DNA of 61,649 bases, filler included, from Stramenopiles sp. TOSAG23-3 (lineage: Eukaryota), in NCBI GenBank assembly GCA_900128585.1. It is 6 parts of 6 records of this genome, joined end to end, with 100 filler letters (N's around TTAATTAATTAA, not from the genome) between each part and the next. Parts side by side here need not be neighbours in the genome. Positions count along the whole stretch, not along the records: positions 51,477 to 61,649 come from LT642843.1; 5 more parts are not named here. One strand, 5' to 3'. The notes beneath the pieces were generated by a model. That model did no database searches, was not told the DNA's origin, and worked only from the letters and a program-made list of their open reading frames with translations. Positions 51,477-61,649 of this stretch are shown piece after piece. Position numbers and translations under genes: made by a program. Each line of letters starts with the position of its first letter. The stretch's first letter is position 1.

Positions 51477-53881
51477 TTATTGTTGAAATTGGTCTCCATC
51501 TCCATGGCCCTCGCTTTTACCTCGTATTTTTCATTCATTAACTGGTACTGTGCAGACTCCATTTCTCCTTCAAATTGTTTTCTCTGTATATCCAATTGTT
51601 CAGCAGCATACATAGATTTTCCAATTGCAAAACTACATTCAATTGCCATTTTTTCTTCTTCGAACGCGTTCGCCATTTCTTTTTCGCGAATCGATGCAAG
51701 CGCTGTTGCGGATGCAAGCTTTTCGTTTTCTTTTTCAAGATGGGCTATTTGCTGAAATTTCGATTCAATATCCTCCCGTAATTGGATTATTTTTACGTTA
51801 CTCGATGCGCTTGCCTCTTGGAGCCTTTTGGTCAAACTACTATTCATGTCCACAAGATCCCGCTTTTCGCTTTCAAACGCTTTTGTGACAGATTGCACTT
51901 CTTCCGCAATTTTCGCCTGTAATGATTCCTCGCACAATGCTACCTGTTCTGTGGCATATAAAAGTTTTTCTGCTGCATTAGTAATGCAAAGTGCTTCAAT
52001 TTCCTTCACGTAAAAAGCCTTGTTTTCGCTGATTTCCTTCTTTCGCTGTTCTTCCCATGCGTATCCTTTACTGGTGATCTGCAACTGTTGTTCTGCAATC
52101 GTATTGTTCAATTCCTTTACTGCCGCTTCTAGACCATTCTTCTTTAATGCAAATGCTTGTTGCATATCAGCTATTATGACATCCTTTGAACGCAATTTTT
52201 CTTCAAGTTCTTTGTGCTTTGTATCGTTTGCGGTGACTAAGTCGCTCGTTCTGGCATTGTTCGAAGCGATTTCTTGCTTCAATAGCTCTGATTTTCTTTC
52301 CAATTCGGCTCGTAACGCCTTGATTTCTTCATTTTTTGCTGCCGTGTCGGCGTCGAAACTTGCAACATTTTCCTTCCACTCCGCGTCGAATTCAGCCCTT
52401 AATAGCTTTTCGCGGGACTGCAGTCCTTCATTCTTTTCTATTTCAAAGGCCTCTTTCATTTGTTTCATTTGTGCATTAAACTTGTTTTCGAAATCCAGCT
52501 TCTCAGCTTCAAAACGTTTTTTCAAGTCTTCTAGCTCTGCTTCAAAAGTCTGTTTCATACTGATTTCTTGAGCAAGTAGATTTTGCGAATTGGTCTCGGC
52601 AGCTGCTTTTTGGTCGTTCTCAAATGCTGTAGCCAGGGATTCCAATTCCATGGTAAGTTTAGTAGCCTTCGATTCGGCCTCTTCAAGCGAGTGCTGTCGT
52701 TCGGAAAGTAACGCGTCTTTCTCGTCGATGGTAGTTTTTAGTTCGCTGGATATTGCCTCTTTTGCGGCCACTACAGCTTCGGCCATTTCCTTCTCTTTTT
52801 CGGAAGTCACAGAAGCTACTTGTTTGTCACTATAAACTTTCATTTCGGTTATTTCCCTGGCGTACTGTTCGTGTACCTTCTTCATTTCGATATCATGCTG
52901 CTGCATAAATTCTTCTTCTAGACTTTCTTTCAAGTCCATCAGCTCGCTCCTCTTTATATCCTCTGCATTTTGCATAATGTCTTGTATGTTCTGCTCATAA
53001 CGCTCCTCTCGTAATTTTTTTTCAGCTTTTATCGCTTTGTTTTCGGAAATAAGTTCTTCGTGCTTTAAATTGTTTTCTGCGGCGGTTGGCGTGCCTGTAT
53101 CCGAAGGGAAAATGCCATTCCACCCCATGTTATTGTCTTGGGGAAGCTCTTCTTTTGGAGTGAAAGATTCTTCAGAATTTGCAAGATCGCGCTGTGGCGC
53201 TTCGGCCCCACCAAAGACAACGTTGCAAATACTATGAGCGTGTTTGTCAAACCACTGTTCAGAAAGGCAGTCCAAGGCGACCGAGCCGACTGCAAGCATT
53301 CCTTTCTCGGCTAGCTCGTGAACCGAAATAATGCCCGAGTGCAGGGCGCTATCGTTCGTAACGGCGCAAAGGGTAACTCGAATAGAAACTCCCTTTTCGA
53401 CGTCAAACTTTGCTAGCACGTGCTGGCCGTTGAATTTCATGCCTATTCGGTGCTGTAGAACTGAAGAGTACATCATTGACGGCGAATCAACATCCATGGA
53501 CATGTTTGACGTAAATGATGCGTCCAATGCTTTAAATGCAGGGGATACAAACAACTTTTTTGATGATTTTACGGCTGAGCTAAATGGCTTTTCGGCGATT
53601 TTGTTAGCACAAGTTGGGGTTGTATTCTCATCGGCAACAGGGACCACTTGGGCATTACAGTCTCCACAAACATAACTATTTTCTTCTCCACTCGGAGCGG
53701 GAAAAGTAACAAACGATGGACCACATGAAGGGCATTTAAAAGCTGCTTTGCTTGGGTTTTGCTTAAAAGCAGAGCTGTGAGCTCTGACTGTAGCGGGGCA
53801 AGCCCTTTCTTTGCGAGAGTAGTTTCCATTTTTCGGAGTCAACGACTGCAAATTTACAGTGTTGAACGTGATTTCTTCCAT
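51477..53881 (-). CDS. Long coiled-coil protein with N-terminal CxxC...CxxC zinc ribbon, 3'-partial
   Basis: FKCPSCG...YVCGDC followed by more than 500 aa of E/K/A heptads running into the contig end. First ATG is 53881. Confidence 0.8.
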
Positions 53882-55129
53882 GGTACTTATGTGCAGCGGG
53901 TACAATCTGCGATTGGGGTAATTTATTGTTAAAAAACTGGGCTTTCTACAATTCCTGTCGTTTATTATTTTTGTGCCTTTTGAAACCTCGAAATTCTCTT
54001 TTTATTTTTCATCAATTAAACGTTGTTTGCTTCAATCCAAAATTCAGATGAATTGCTCCTTTACTCGAACTATGAAATACAGTTCGTACCAACCACCTCT
54101 TAGAGGAGGACCATCAGCAAGGAAGAAGCAGTCATCATCAAAGAAGAAGAAGAAAAAAAAGAAGAAAAAAGAAGAAGAAGAAAAAAGAAGAAGAAGCAGC
54201 AGCAAGAGAGTACCGGGTACCGGTTTGGAAGCCCTTCTTCTTCCTTCTTCCTCTATAAATAAGTAAATTGCGAAGAAGAAGAATAGAAGAAGTGTATGTC
54301 CTGTTATACACCTGTTATTTATGAAGCTCAACAAAAAAAAAGAGATAGATTTGGAAATTAATAATGGATGCTGTGTTATTATTAATTCGTTTGAAAATCA
54401 TTTGGGTATTACGAAGACAACGTTCACCGGTTTCAGTGCTTTCAGTGCTTTCAGTGCGATTTATAATTTAGATTTGTCTAGCAAGTAGTTCCTCGTATTT
54501 TAATAAGTACAATTGAATCCTATCAATTTTTGTATTTTATTATTTTATTTCGTAGTCGAGCTTAATTATTACAGTACTATTCGTTCTAGTTATTTTCTCT
54601 ATTTAATATAATTGAAAGACAACGTGCAACGTGTGCCCATTTTCCACATTTCCACATTCATGCTTGGATCGCCCGTCCAGGTAAATTATTTAAATAAGGC
54701 ATAAAACATTCCGCTAAAAAGAGCATCTCTTTCGTATTTATATGCTAGTCTATTTGTTGCGATAATGCTCTATTTATTTAGACGACTATCCATTGGTAAT
54801 CCAATGTTAAACCCTAAATTAAAACCTAATATATTATTTTAAAATAAAAAATAGTAGGAGCGAGCGGCGAGGGAGCGAGGGAGAAAACAAAAAAAATAAT
54901 TGAACTCCTATGTTGTGTAATGTAAATATTATTCTACTGCCCAAGAAGAAGAAGAAGAAGAAGAAGTATATTATAAATAATAATAATAATATAACAAGGA
55001 AAAAATAATATAATGAAAATATATACAGTACGGCGCAACAAAAAAAGGGTGTGTTGAAAAGAAATCAAAAAGTTGGAGTTGGGTGGAGACAGGATAGGAA
55101 ATACATGAGGTCTAAACGGAAAATAGGCA

Positions 55130-55936
55130 ATGGGAATGATTCGTCTTAAATCGTTTCTGCAGGTGCTAGTTGTTGCCGCGGTGTGCGCGCCTCGAAATGT
55201 GTGGGGGAAAGAGCCGCCCAACGCGGGAGGGTATTTTTGCAAAGGCTGCAGCGTGGTCATGGAACACACCTTCCATGATTTAAACAAAAAGATGGAACGT
55301 TTGCAAGGAAGCATTGCTGCTGGTGTTGAAAAGGAAATAAAGATTAACATCAGGGAAGAAATTGTTCTACCTCTTTGCGAAAAAAATTCATTTCAAGCGT
55401 ACACCAAGGAGATCAAAGACGCGTGCAAACAGATTGTGTCGAAGAATGCGCACGTAGTCGATCATGCTTTCAAAGGTTTTCGACAAAATTACAACGATTT
55501 GTACAAAAGGACGAACACCGTTTGCGTACAAGAAATGAATCTCTGCTCTGGGGAGCCTTCTGAAATTGATCTAGGCAACAAATGCGAGGTCTGTCTCGGG
55601 GTGGTCCAGGACATACAGGCCGTGCTGACTAGGAAGAAAGGCTCGAAGGATTACTTGACTCGAAAACACATTTGGAGCTCCATCGAAGCTGAGTGTCAAG
55701 AAATCGTATTCCGGTTTGACGGTCGGGTGGGTAGAAAAATGCAGAGCATGTGTGAAAATCTTCTTGATGATTACGAAGAAGAGATTGCAGATGCATTTTT
55801 CAGTGGGAATGAAAACCCAGGTAAATTGATCTGTGGGAAAGCGGGGGCCCGTATGTGCAAAAAAAGGAAAGGAGATTGGGTAGGGAAGTTGTCGCCTTGG
55901 AGTCAGGTTCAAGTAACGACGCACAATGAATTATAG
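55130..55936 (+). CDS. ER-luminal protein with two saposin-like (Canopy/DUF3456-type) domains
   Basis: Signal peptide; two CxxC...C...C...C....C modules (CKGC, CEVC; MCENLLDDYEEEI); C-terminal HNEL retention-like signal. Confidence 0.85.
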   Translation: MGMIRLKSFLQVLVVAAVCAPRNVWGKEPPNAGGYFCKGCSVVMEHTFHDLNKKMERLQGSIAAGVEKEIKINIREEIVLPLCEKNSFQAYTKEIKDACKQIVSKNAHVVDHAFKGFRQNYNDLYKRTNTVCVQEMNLCSGEPSEIDLGNKCEVCLGVVQDIQAVLTRKKGSKDYLTRKHIWSSIEAECQEIVFRFDGRVGRKMQSMCENLLDDYEEEIADAFFSGNENPGKLICGKAGARMCKKRKGDWVGKLSPWSQVQVTTHNEL

Positions 55937-56109
55937 AGGGCAGAAAGAGAGCGAGGCGAAGAGCGCCAGCACGCGGGTTATACTTTGTTTACGTAGGCGC
56001 TTCGCGCATAATTTTAAATTGTCTATATCGGAATGTTTTTCTTTTTGTATTTACGAGTACATGCATCGTACTTCACACATTATAAATGGGTATGAGTATT
56101 TAATTATCA

Positions 56110-56137
56110 TACTTAAATAACAGCCAATTTTCTTGTT
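56110..56137 (+). mobile_element. Solo end motif of the dispersed repeat family
   Basis: TACTTAAATAACAGCCAATTTTCTTGTT. Confidence 0.7.
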
Positions 56138-56242
56138 AAAAATAAAAGAGTACACATACGTCGTTACATTGAGCAGGAGAGCTCCGGTTACACACACACA
56201 CTCCATGATCGGTTGGAAAAAGGCTCCACGCCTCCCTGGACT

Positions 56243-57880
56243 CTAGACTGAAAAAAGAAAATGCTGAAGCAATGGAACCACTAACAGCTGACTCGGATCC
56301 CCAAGAATATCTTTTACATCCTGTACGTCCCTGGTTTTCATCAAATTGTGCGACCGGTAAACAAAAATCGACGCTGCCAAAACAGGAAGGAGGAGAAGCC
56401 CATCCTTGCCTTGAGCAAGAATACGGTCCCACAGCAAGAGGAGCTGATCGGATTGCAAGTACCCTACAAAACCTAATTGGATCCAGCTAAACGCGAGTGC
56501 AAGTGGAGCAATCCCAACGTCCAGCAGATGCCGGAACAGCTCAGGTTCGTACCTCTGGACAAGAACTTCAAATAGTTTCGACAACATTACAATGCACGAT
56601 CGCTCGGAATTAATGGAGTTTAGCTTGCACCATAATTGGCTAAACATTTCCCGGAACACAAAGTATATTTCATAATGCTCGTGGTATATGAAGCAAAGGG
56701 GTGCCGCATACGACACGAGCCCGCGAAAGGGCTGCACCCCGCACGGCGGGAACACCCCCACGGTGTGGCCGTCCGCAGTTCGCCCTACCAGTGGCGGGTG
56801 GACACGGTTGGCGCAGTTTTTCAATACCCACGGGTCTCTGCTGAAGGCCATCACCGTGTCATCTAATTCTTGGTCAAAAGGAAAATACGAATCGTCGTCT
56901 ATTGCATGCTCGACGTCCATGTGAAACAGCTGGTCTACAAGAATATCAACGGTGCCGACCTGCGTTTGAAGCACATCAAAATAATTCCTTGCGGCCTGGT
57001 CTAGTTCTAAATTTAACATCTTCTTCCACATCTTTGACCTCAGGCCGGACGGGACGCCACGTTTTGCGTACTGCCTGATCACAGCAATATACCCAGCGCT
57101 TAAAATTTTCTCTCCCAGTTCACACCGTTCCTCCAGCCACTTCTCGTTGCCTTCAAGCGCATCGTCCAGCCCAATCTGGCTCATCGACGGGTGCAACTCT
57201 GAAAAAATACTTCGCAATTCGTTGATGTCCGGCGTCTTCAGCAACACCCGGACCATGCCCCAACTCTGGATGCGAGTGACGTTACTGCTATGGTTGGGTG
57301 AGTCAATCGATGCAATGGCTTCCAACAAGTCTTCGCTATCAAAAAGAAAGCGCCGGGTATTCTGCTGCGTGGGGTCGGCCCCTTTCTCTGCAAACGTACG
57401 AGCGCGCTCGCCCGCGCTAACGTCGTTGCGCAGCCGGGCGAGAGGCCGTTGCTGCTCCAATCCTAATGCGTTCAATTCCTCACATATCCCTTCCTCCCAC
57501 TGTCTGCGTGCTTCGTTCACGGTGTCTAGCTCGTTTTCTTCCTGGTCAAACCCAAACTCCTCGTTTCCCCCGGCGCGGGCCACCGATACCACGTCGCTGC
57601 GGTCGTTCTTAAGGGAAGTCGGGTCGCTCGACGTGGCAGACGCCGAAGTCTTGGAGTTCGAGGTACTATACTTTCGGTGATATATTTCATATATGGCATT
57701 CCTAAGTTTCGTCGTTAACCCCATCTCCTCCATTACTTTTGGAATTAGAGTCGCCACATCCTTCGATTTGTATTGGGGTTTTATAATTTCATTCTTCACT
57801 TGACGCTTTATGTCCCAGTACACCAGCTGCGCGGCTAAGTCGTTGGTCAATTGCGCGCGTCTGGCAATAGACTCGGACAT
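56243..57880 (-). CDS. TBC1D19-like Rab-GAP (TBC domain) protein
   Basis: GVPSGLRSKMWKKML, DDDSYFPF, FSRD, FPPCGVQPFRG...AAPLCFIY, FREMF...WCKL, LLLWDRIL, LAASIF.YR and C-terminal VVPLLQHFLF. Confidence 0.88.
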   Translation of the reverse strand: MSESIARRAQLTNDLAAQLVYWDIKRQVKNEIIKPQYKSKDVATLIPKVMEEMGLTTKLRNAIYEIYHRKYSTSNSKTSASATSSDPTSLKNDRSDVVSVARAGGNEEFGFDQEENELDTVNEARRQWEEGICEELNALGLEQQRPLARLRNDVSAGERARTFAEKGADPTQQNTRRFLFDSEDLLEAIASIDSPNHSSNVTRIQSWGMVRVLLKTPDINELRSIFSELHPSMSQIGLDDALEGNEKWLEERCELGEKILSAGYIAVIRQYAKRGVPSGLRSKMWKKMLNLELDQAARNYFDVLQTQVGTVDILVDQLFHMDVEHAIDDDSYFPFDQELDDTVMAFSRDPWVLKNCANRVHPPLVGRTADGHTVGVFPPCGVQPFRGLVSYAAPLCFIYHEHYEIYFVFREMFSQLWCKLNSINSERSCIVMLSKLFEVLVQRYEPELFRHLLDVGIAPLALAFSWIQLGFVGYLQSDQLLLLWDRILAQGKDGLLLLPVLAASIFVYRSHNLMKTRDVQDVKDILGDPSQLLVVPLLQHFLFSV

Positions 57881-58049
57881 GGCTCTCTTGCGGTTCGGGG
57901 ACGTAACGTACGAGAATAAATCGAGCCAAACAGTGGTCTATAAAATTCGTTCTATTCATACATACCCTACTCCTTTCAACCTTTCTCTTAAAGCACAATT
58001 GTTGTTCAAGACCTCCTCCTTTTATTTATTATTTTTTACGAAAAAAAGT

Positions 58050-58098
58050 AGAAGAAGAAGAAGAAGAAGAAGAAGAAGAAGAAGAAGAAGAAGAAGAA
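58050..58098. repeat. (AGA)n microsatellite
   Basis: Directly visible. Confidence 0.95.
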
Positions 58099-58607
58099 TA
58101 TTAGGACTATTAAAATATTATTATTGTGTCAATCGATTGATACATCCGCATTATAATGTATTAATACCCGTACACTACCCCCCCGGTGGTAGATACGTAT
58201 AGCTCTCCTCCTCTATATAATCAATAAGAGAATACGATATATCTGTACTTATAAAAGGAACTTCGTAAATAATAAATAAAAAATCCAATTTCAAAATTCG
58301 AACTTTATTATATTTTAATTATCCTATCGTATCCTCGTAGATGACTTGAAAGTCTTTTTTTTNNNNNNNNNNNNNNNNNNNNNNNNNNNNNNNNNNNNNN
58401 NNNNNNNNNNNNNNNNNNNNNNNNNNNNNNNNNNNNNAATAATAGGCTAAAATAATAAAATAAATAAAGAAGTGGATTTCGAATCGCTTGTCCGTCCGTC
58501 CATGCAACAACACAACAAATACGAGGAACCCTCCTATTAACCTTCTATTTGATGTTAGAAGACTAATAGAACTACTAGTATTCTTTTTTACAAATAAATT
58601 AAAAAAA

Positions 58608-58634
58608 CAACAACAACAACAACAACAACAACAA
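58608..58634. repeat. (CAA)n microsatellite
   Basis: Directly visible. Confidence 0.9.
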
Positions 58635-58975
58635 GGAAAAAAAATAAAAAATAAAAACAACCATCCTCTCCTCTTCTTCTCTCCTCTTCTCTCCTCTTCT
58701 CTCCTATCTCCTCCACCACCACCACCATAATAAAAAAAAATATACAGTAATAATAATAATAATATTGGTATTTTGATACTTCACTTCTTTGATTATCTGT
58801 TTATAGATTAAACTATTTGTTTAACATAAAATATGTGAATATGTACATGGCTATTGTTATGCAATGGAAATTCTCCATCTCCGACTGATCCATTGAAATT
58901 TGAACTGTTTACATTAGTCGAAATCAGGACCCCGTACAGTTTGTAGTATATTTGTTTTAAATAGTAGTTTGCAAC

Positions 58976-59443
58976 ATGGCCCTTCCGAGGAGAATCGTGA
59001 AAGAAACGCAACGCTTGCAGCAAGAGCCTGTGGCGGGTATTAGTTGTGCGCCATACGAAGACAATTTGCGCTACTTCCGTGTGGTGCTCCAAGGTCCTCA
59101 GGACACCCCGTATCAAGGTGGTCTTTTTTCTCTTGAGATGTTTCTGCCAGGTGAATACCCTATGGTACCCCCAAAAGTACGCTTTCTGACCAAAATATAC
59201 CATCCGAATATCGACAAGCTGGGGCGTATTTGTCTTGATATTTTGAAAAGTAAGTGGTCTCCTGCGCTGCAAATGCGAACGGTTTTGTTGAGTGTCCAAG
59301 CGCTTTTGTCAGCCCCAAATCCCGATGATCCCTTGGACACTGGTGTAGCTGACCACTGGAAATCCGATGAAAAAGGTGCGATGCAAAACGCAAGAGCGTG
59401 GACTCAGAGGTACGCCACGGGAGACGGCAAGCCCAGTGCCTAA
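58976..59443 (+). CDS. UBC13: Ubiquitin-conjugating enzyme E2 N (Ubc13)
   Basis: [69 protein letters not shown]. Confidence 0.97.
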   Translation: MALPRRIVKETQRLQQEPVAGISCAPYEDNLRYFRVVLQGPQDTPYQGGLFSLEMFLPGEYPMVPPKVRFLTKIYHPNIDKLGRICLDILKSKWSPALQMRTVLLSVQALLSAPNPDDPLDTGVADHWKSDEKGAMQNARAWTQRYATGDGKPSA

Positions 59444-60055
59444 TAGAGAATCGTGGTGCCCGGGAGATCCACAACCGCGGGTATCAGGAACACCTTAGTT
59501 ACAAGATGTTGGCGCGCGCCGGTCAACGAAGCCTGCGCCTGCTGACGACGGGGGGTGTTTCCGGAAACATTAGCATAGCTGAATAAAATATATATACAAC
59601 ATTAATTCGTATTTCGTATTATTTATATAATTTGTTTTTTTTAAGAATACTTTATATCATAACACTTATGAACACACTTCTCAGGGTGTAAAAAAACATA
59701 TCTCCTAGAATGTCATCATCAATTGTAAACATCATTATAATATATTATCATTGGTATAGGAGGTGTATCATAAACGGTATTATATGTTGTTATAAAATTC
59801 GTATTCGTTTAAAAAAAAAGAAGAGAAATAAAAAAATTTGTAATTTTTTAAAACCTTATTTTAGTTATTCGTATTTTTACTACCCTTATATATTTGCCCC
59901 TCGCTTCGAATTGAACACGGGGAGTTGCGCAAAGTTTTCTTATACACAATTGTTTTCAACTTTACGCCAATGTAGCATGTGCTCTTTCCACAGTGATCCT
60001 TTCTTCCGCCCTTCACAAAATACGATTTGAACCCGCTCCCTCTTTTCCAATGGCC

Positions 60056-60517
60056 TCACTTCTTGCCGCCGGCGCTGGCTTTGTAGTGCACTTCGATCTT
60101 GTCTCCTGCTGTCAAACTAATGATGTCCAGAACCAACAGCTCGTACCTTTTCCTGCATTCGTTCGGAGACTTCGCCCCTGCCAAGTGTTTCGATACTTTC
60201 TTCCAACGGTCCTCCGAAGGGTCTGAAGGATATAGGGTCAACGCTTTCTCAAACTCCATCTCTTGCTCCCAAGTCCATTTTCTATCGTCCAAACGTTTTC
60301 GTGGTTCTTCAATTTCGCTCTGCCTATCTTTCTTCGCTTGTTGAAGTTTCAACAAGTACTTCTCCGCGTGCTTCAGGCAATCGGCCTGAGTTCGACCATT
60401 CCCTACATGCTTTGCTAATTTTGCCACCTCCGCACCTGACTGCAAGCTTCCAAACTTCTCCAACGCTTGAAGAAAACGCTCGTGCTCCTCCTTTGTCCAG
60501 GGCTTCTCGTTACTCAT
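60056..60517 (-). CDS. Two-repeat Myb/SANT protein
   Basis: PWTKEEHERFLQALEKFG...KHAEKY (SHAQKYF-class) and WTWEQEMEFEKAL..YP...DRWKKV...GAKS..ECRKRYELLV.DI (RADIALIS/ZRF1-type SANT). First ATG is 60517. Confidence 0.88.
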   Translation of the reverse strand: MSNEKPWTKEEHERFLQALEKFGSLQSGAEVAKLAKHVGNGRTQADCLKHAEKYLLKLQQAKKDRQSEIEEPRKRLDDRKWTWEQEMEFEKALTLYPSDPSEDRWKKVSKHLAGAKSPNECRKRYELLVLDIISLTAGDKIEVHYKASAGGKK

Positions 60518-61543
60518 ACTAATTTCCTTCAAAAGTCCTGCGGGTTCAGTGTATAGTGTGTGTGTCCCACTTGTTCCTCCCTTTTCTACTAAAATTCTCA
60601 CTTTTCTTTAAATTATTTCAAACGTTTATTAAACCCTTTCTGTTAACTTTTACATTCGATGGATTGGTTCCTTGAAGTTATAATTATTTTTGATTGTTGG
60701 TTATCAATCACACATATAATTCTTCGTACCAAGTAGTTAAATTATACTTCTATCTCTTGTGGTACAATTAAAGCCACTCCTCCCCCTCCTCGAGAGAGAG
60801 ACAGTATTATATATAATAATAACAGTGTAGTATGAAGGTAGTAGAGCGTTAGTTCGTTCGACCTAATAATACCAAGTAATATCGATTATAAGCACATCGA
60901 AATACCGTAGAAGTAGTAAAACTGATATTTTGATAGGTATATATTACATATAGACTAGTTTTAAATATAGTCTACTTAAATAATTTTATTTAGAGGACTT
61001 CGTACGCTACGTAGTACAATACCTCGTAGACTGACTATGAATTTTTATCTGTTGTTGTCAATCAATCATCAAGCCAAAAAGTGTCTCAAAAATAATGCTT
61101 TTTTTGAAAAGAGGAAGTAAATGTTTCAATAGTCGTCTACGTAGTGTGTAATGTACGTATTAATATACGAGGAGTAGTACGTAAATAGTAGTAATTCTGA
61201 TATAAAAATTGACACTACTCGACGGACACTCGACTACAACGCGACACGCGACGACGACGACGACATATAATACAACAAAACGATCTTCTCTAGGAGAGGA
61301 GGATATATGACTATTTTTTTTTTTTTTTTAAAATAAAAAAAATAATTAGTAGTAGTATTTTGGATAGAAAAAAATTACTAATCTATATGTATGTTGATGA
61401 AGATGGATTATCCAACGTATACCCAATAGAATTTGAAGAGATAGAAAGATTTATAACAGAAATCGTATATAGCTACCGCGTAATAGTTAGTGTAATATTT
61501 TTTACAACACAGGCAGTAGCACTCTATACGGATATAAAATTCA

Positions 61544-61649
61544 ATGTCGACGACTGAGGCACCAAGTGCCCCTCCGGCTGCGGTCGTTTCGAACGAGGCC
61601 GTTGTCAAAAGCGAACCACCAGCGCCCCAAAGCGGCGACAATGCTGCAG
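61544..61649 (+). CDS. 5' start of a gene, truncated by the contig end
   Basis: Abrupt switch from AT-rich to GC-rich DNA at the ATG; MSTTEAPSAPPAAVVSNEAVVKSEPPAPQSGDNAA is open to the edge. Confidence 0.65.
   Translation, partial: MSTTEAPSAPPAAVVSNEAVVKSEPPAPQSGDNAA

Noticed and set aside
54431-54457. (TTTCAGTGC)x3, and the 17-bp duplication at 11071-11108
   Set aside because: Short local slippage duplications with no recurrence elsewhere.

Overview
This is eukaryotic nuclear DNA. It is gene-dense and apparently intron-free, with GC-richer coding regions and very AT-rich intergenic DNA full of microsatellites and purine tracts. The gene content suggests a flagellated protist, most plausibly a heterotrophic stramenopile (inference only). 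The window is not one locus: six contigs of 10207, 10207, 10195, 10192, 10175 and 10173 bp, sorted by length, are joined by artificial 100-bp N44-TTAATTAATTAA-N44 linkers, so adjacency across linkers means nothing. About 24 protein genes can be supported, including a pepsin-family protease, Snf7/CHMP4, an EF-hand EML5/6-like protein, an animal-type transglutaminase, a UBE3C-like HECT E3, a SMYD-like SET protein, an ALDH22/Msc7-like enzyme, a Tgs1-like methyltransferase, a TBC1D19-like protein, UBC13 and a two-repeat Myb protein. The most interesting signals are: (1) a secreted precursor built from a duplicated 34-aa cassette and three different 4-Cys peptides, with a rearranged paralog remnant about 700 bp away; (2) a membrane-anchored animal-type transglutaminase with a duplicated N-terminal domain I cannot name and a YCQCFV active site; (3) an unannotated dispersed repeat family with one conserved end, found in four contigs and almost always next to gene 3' ends, one copy flanked by a 14-bp direct repeat; (4) a frameshifted bacterial-type ELWxxDGT remnant; (5) a 5.4-kb membrane/EF-hand gene broken by one frameshift and one in-frame TGA.
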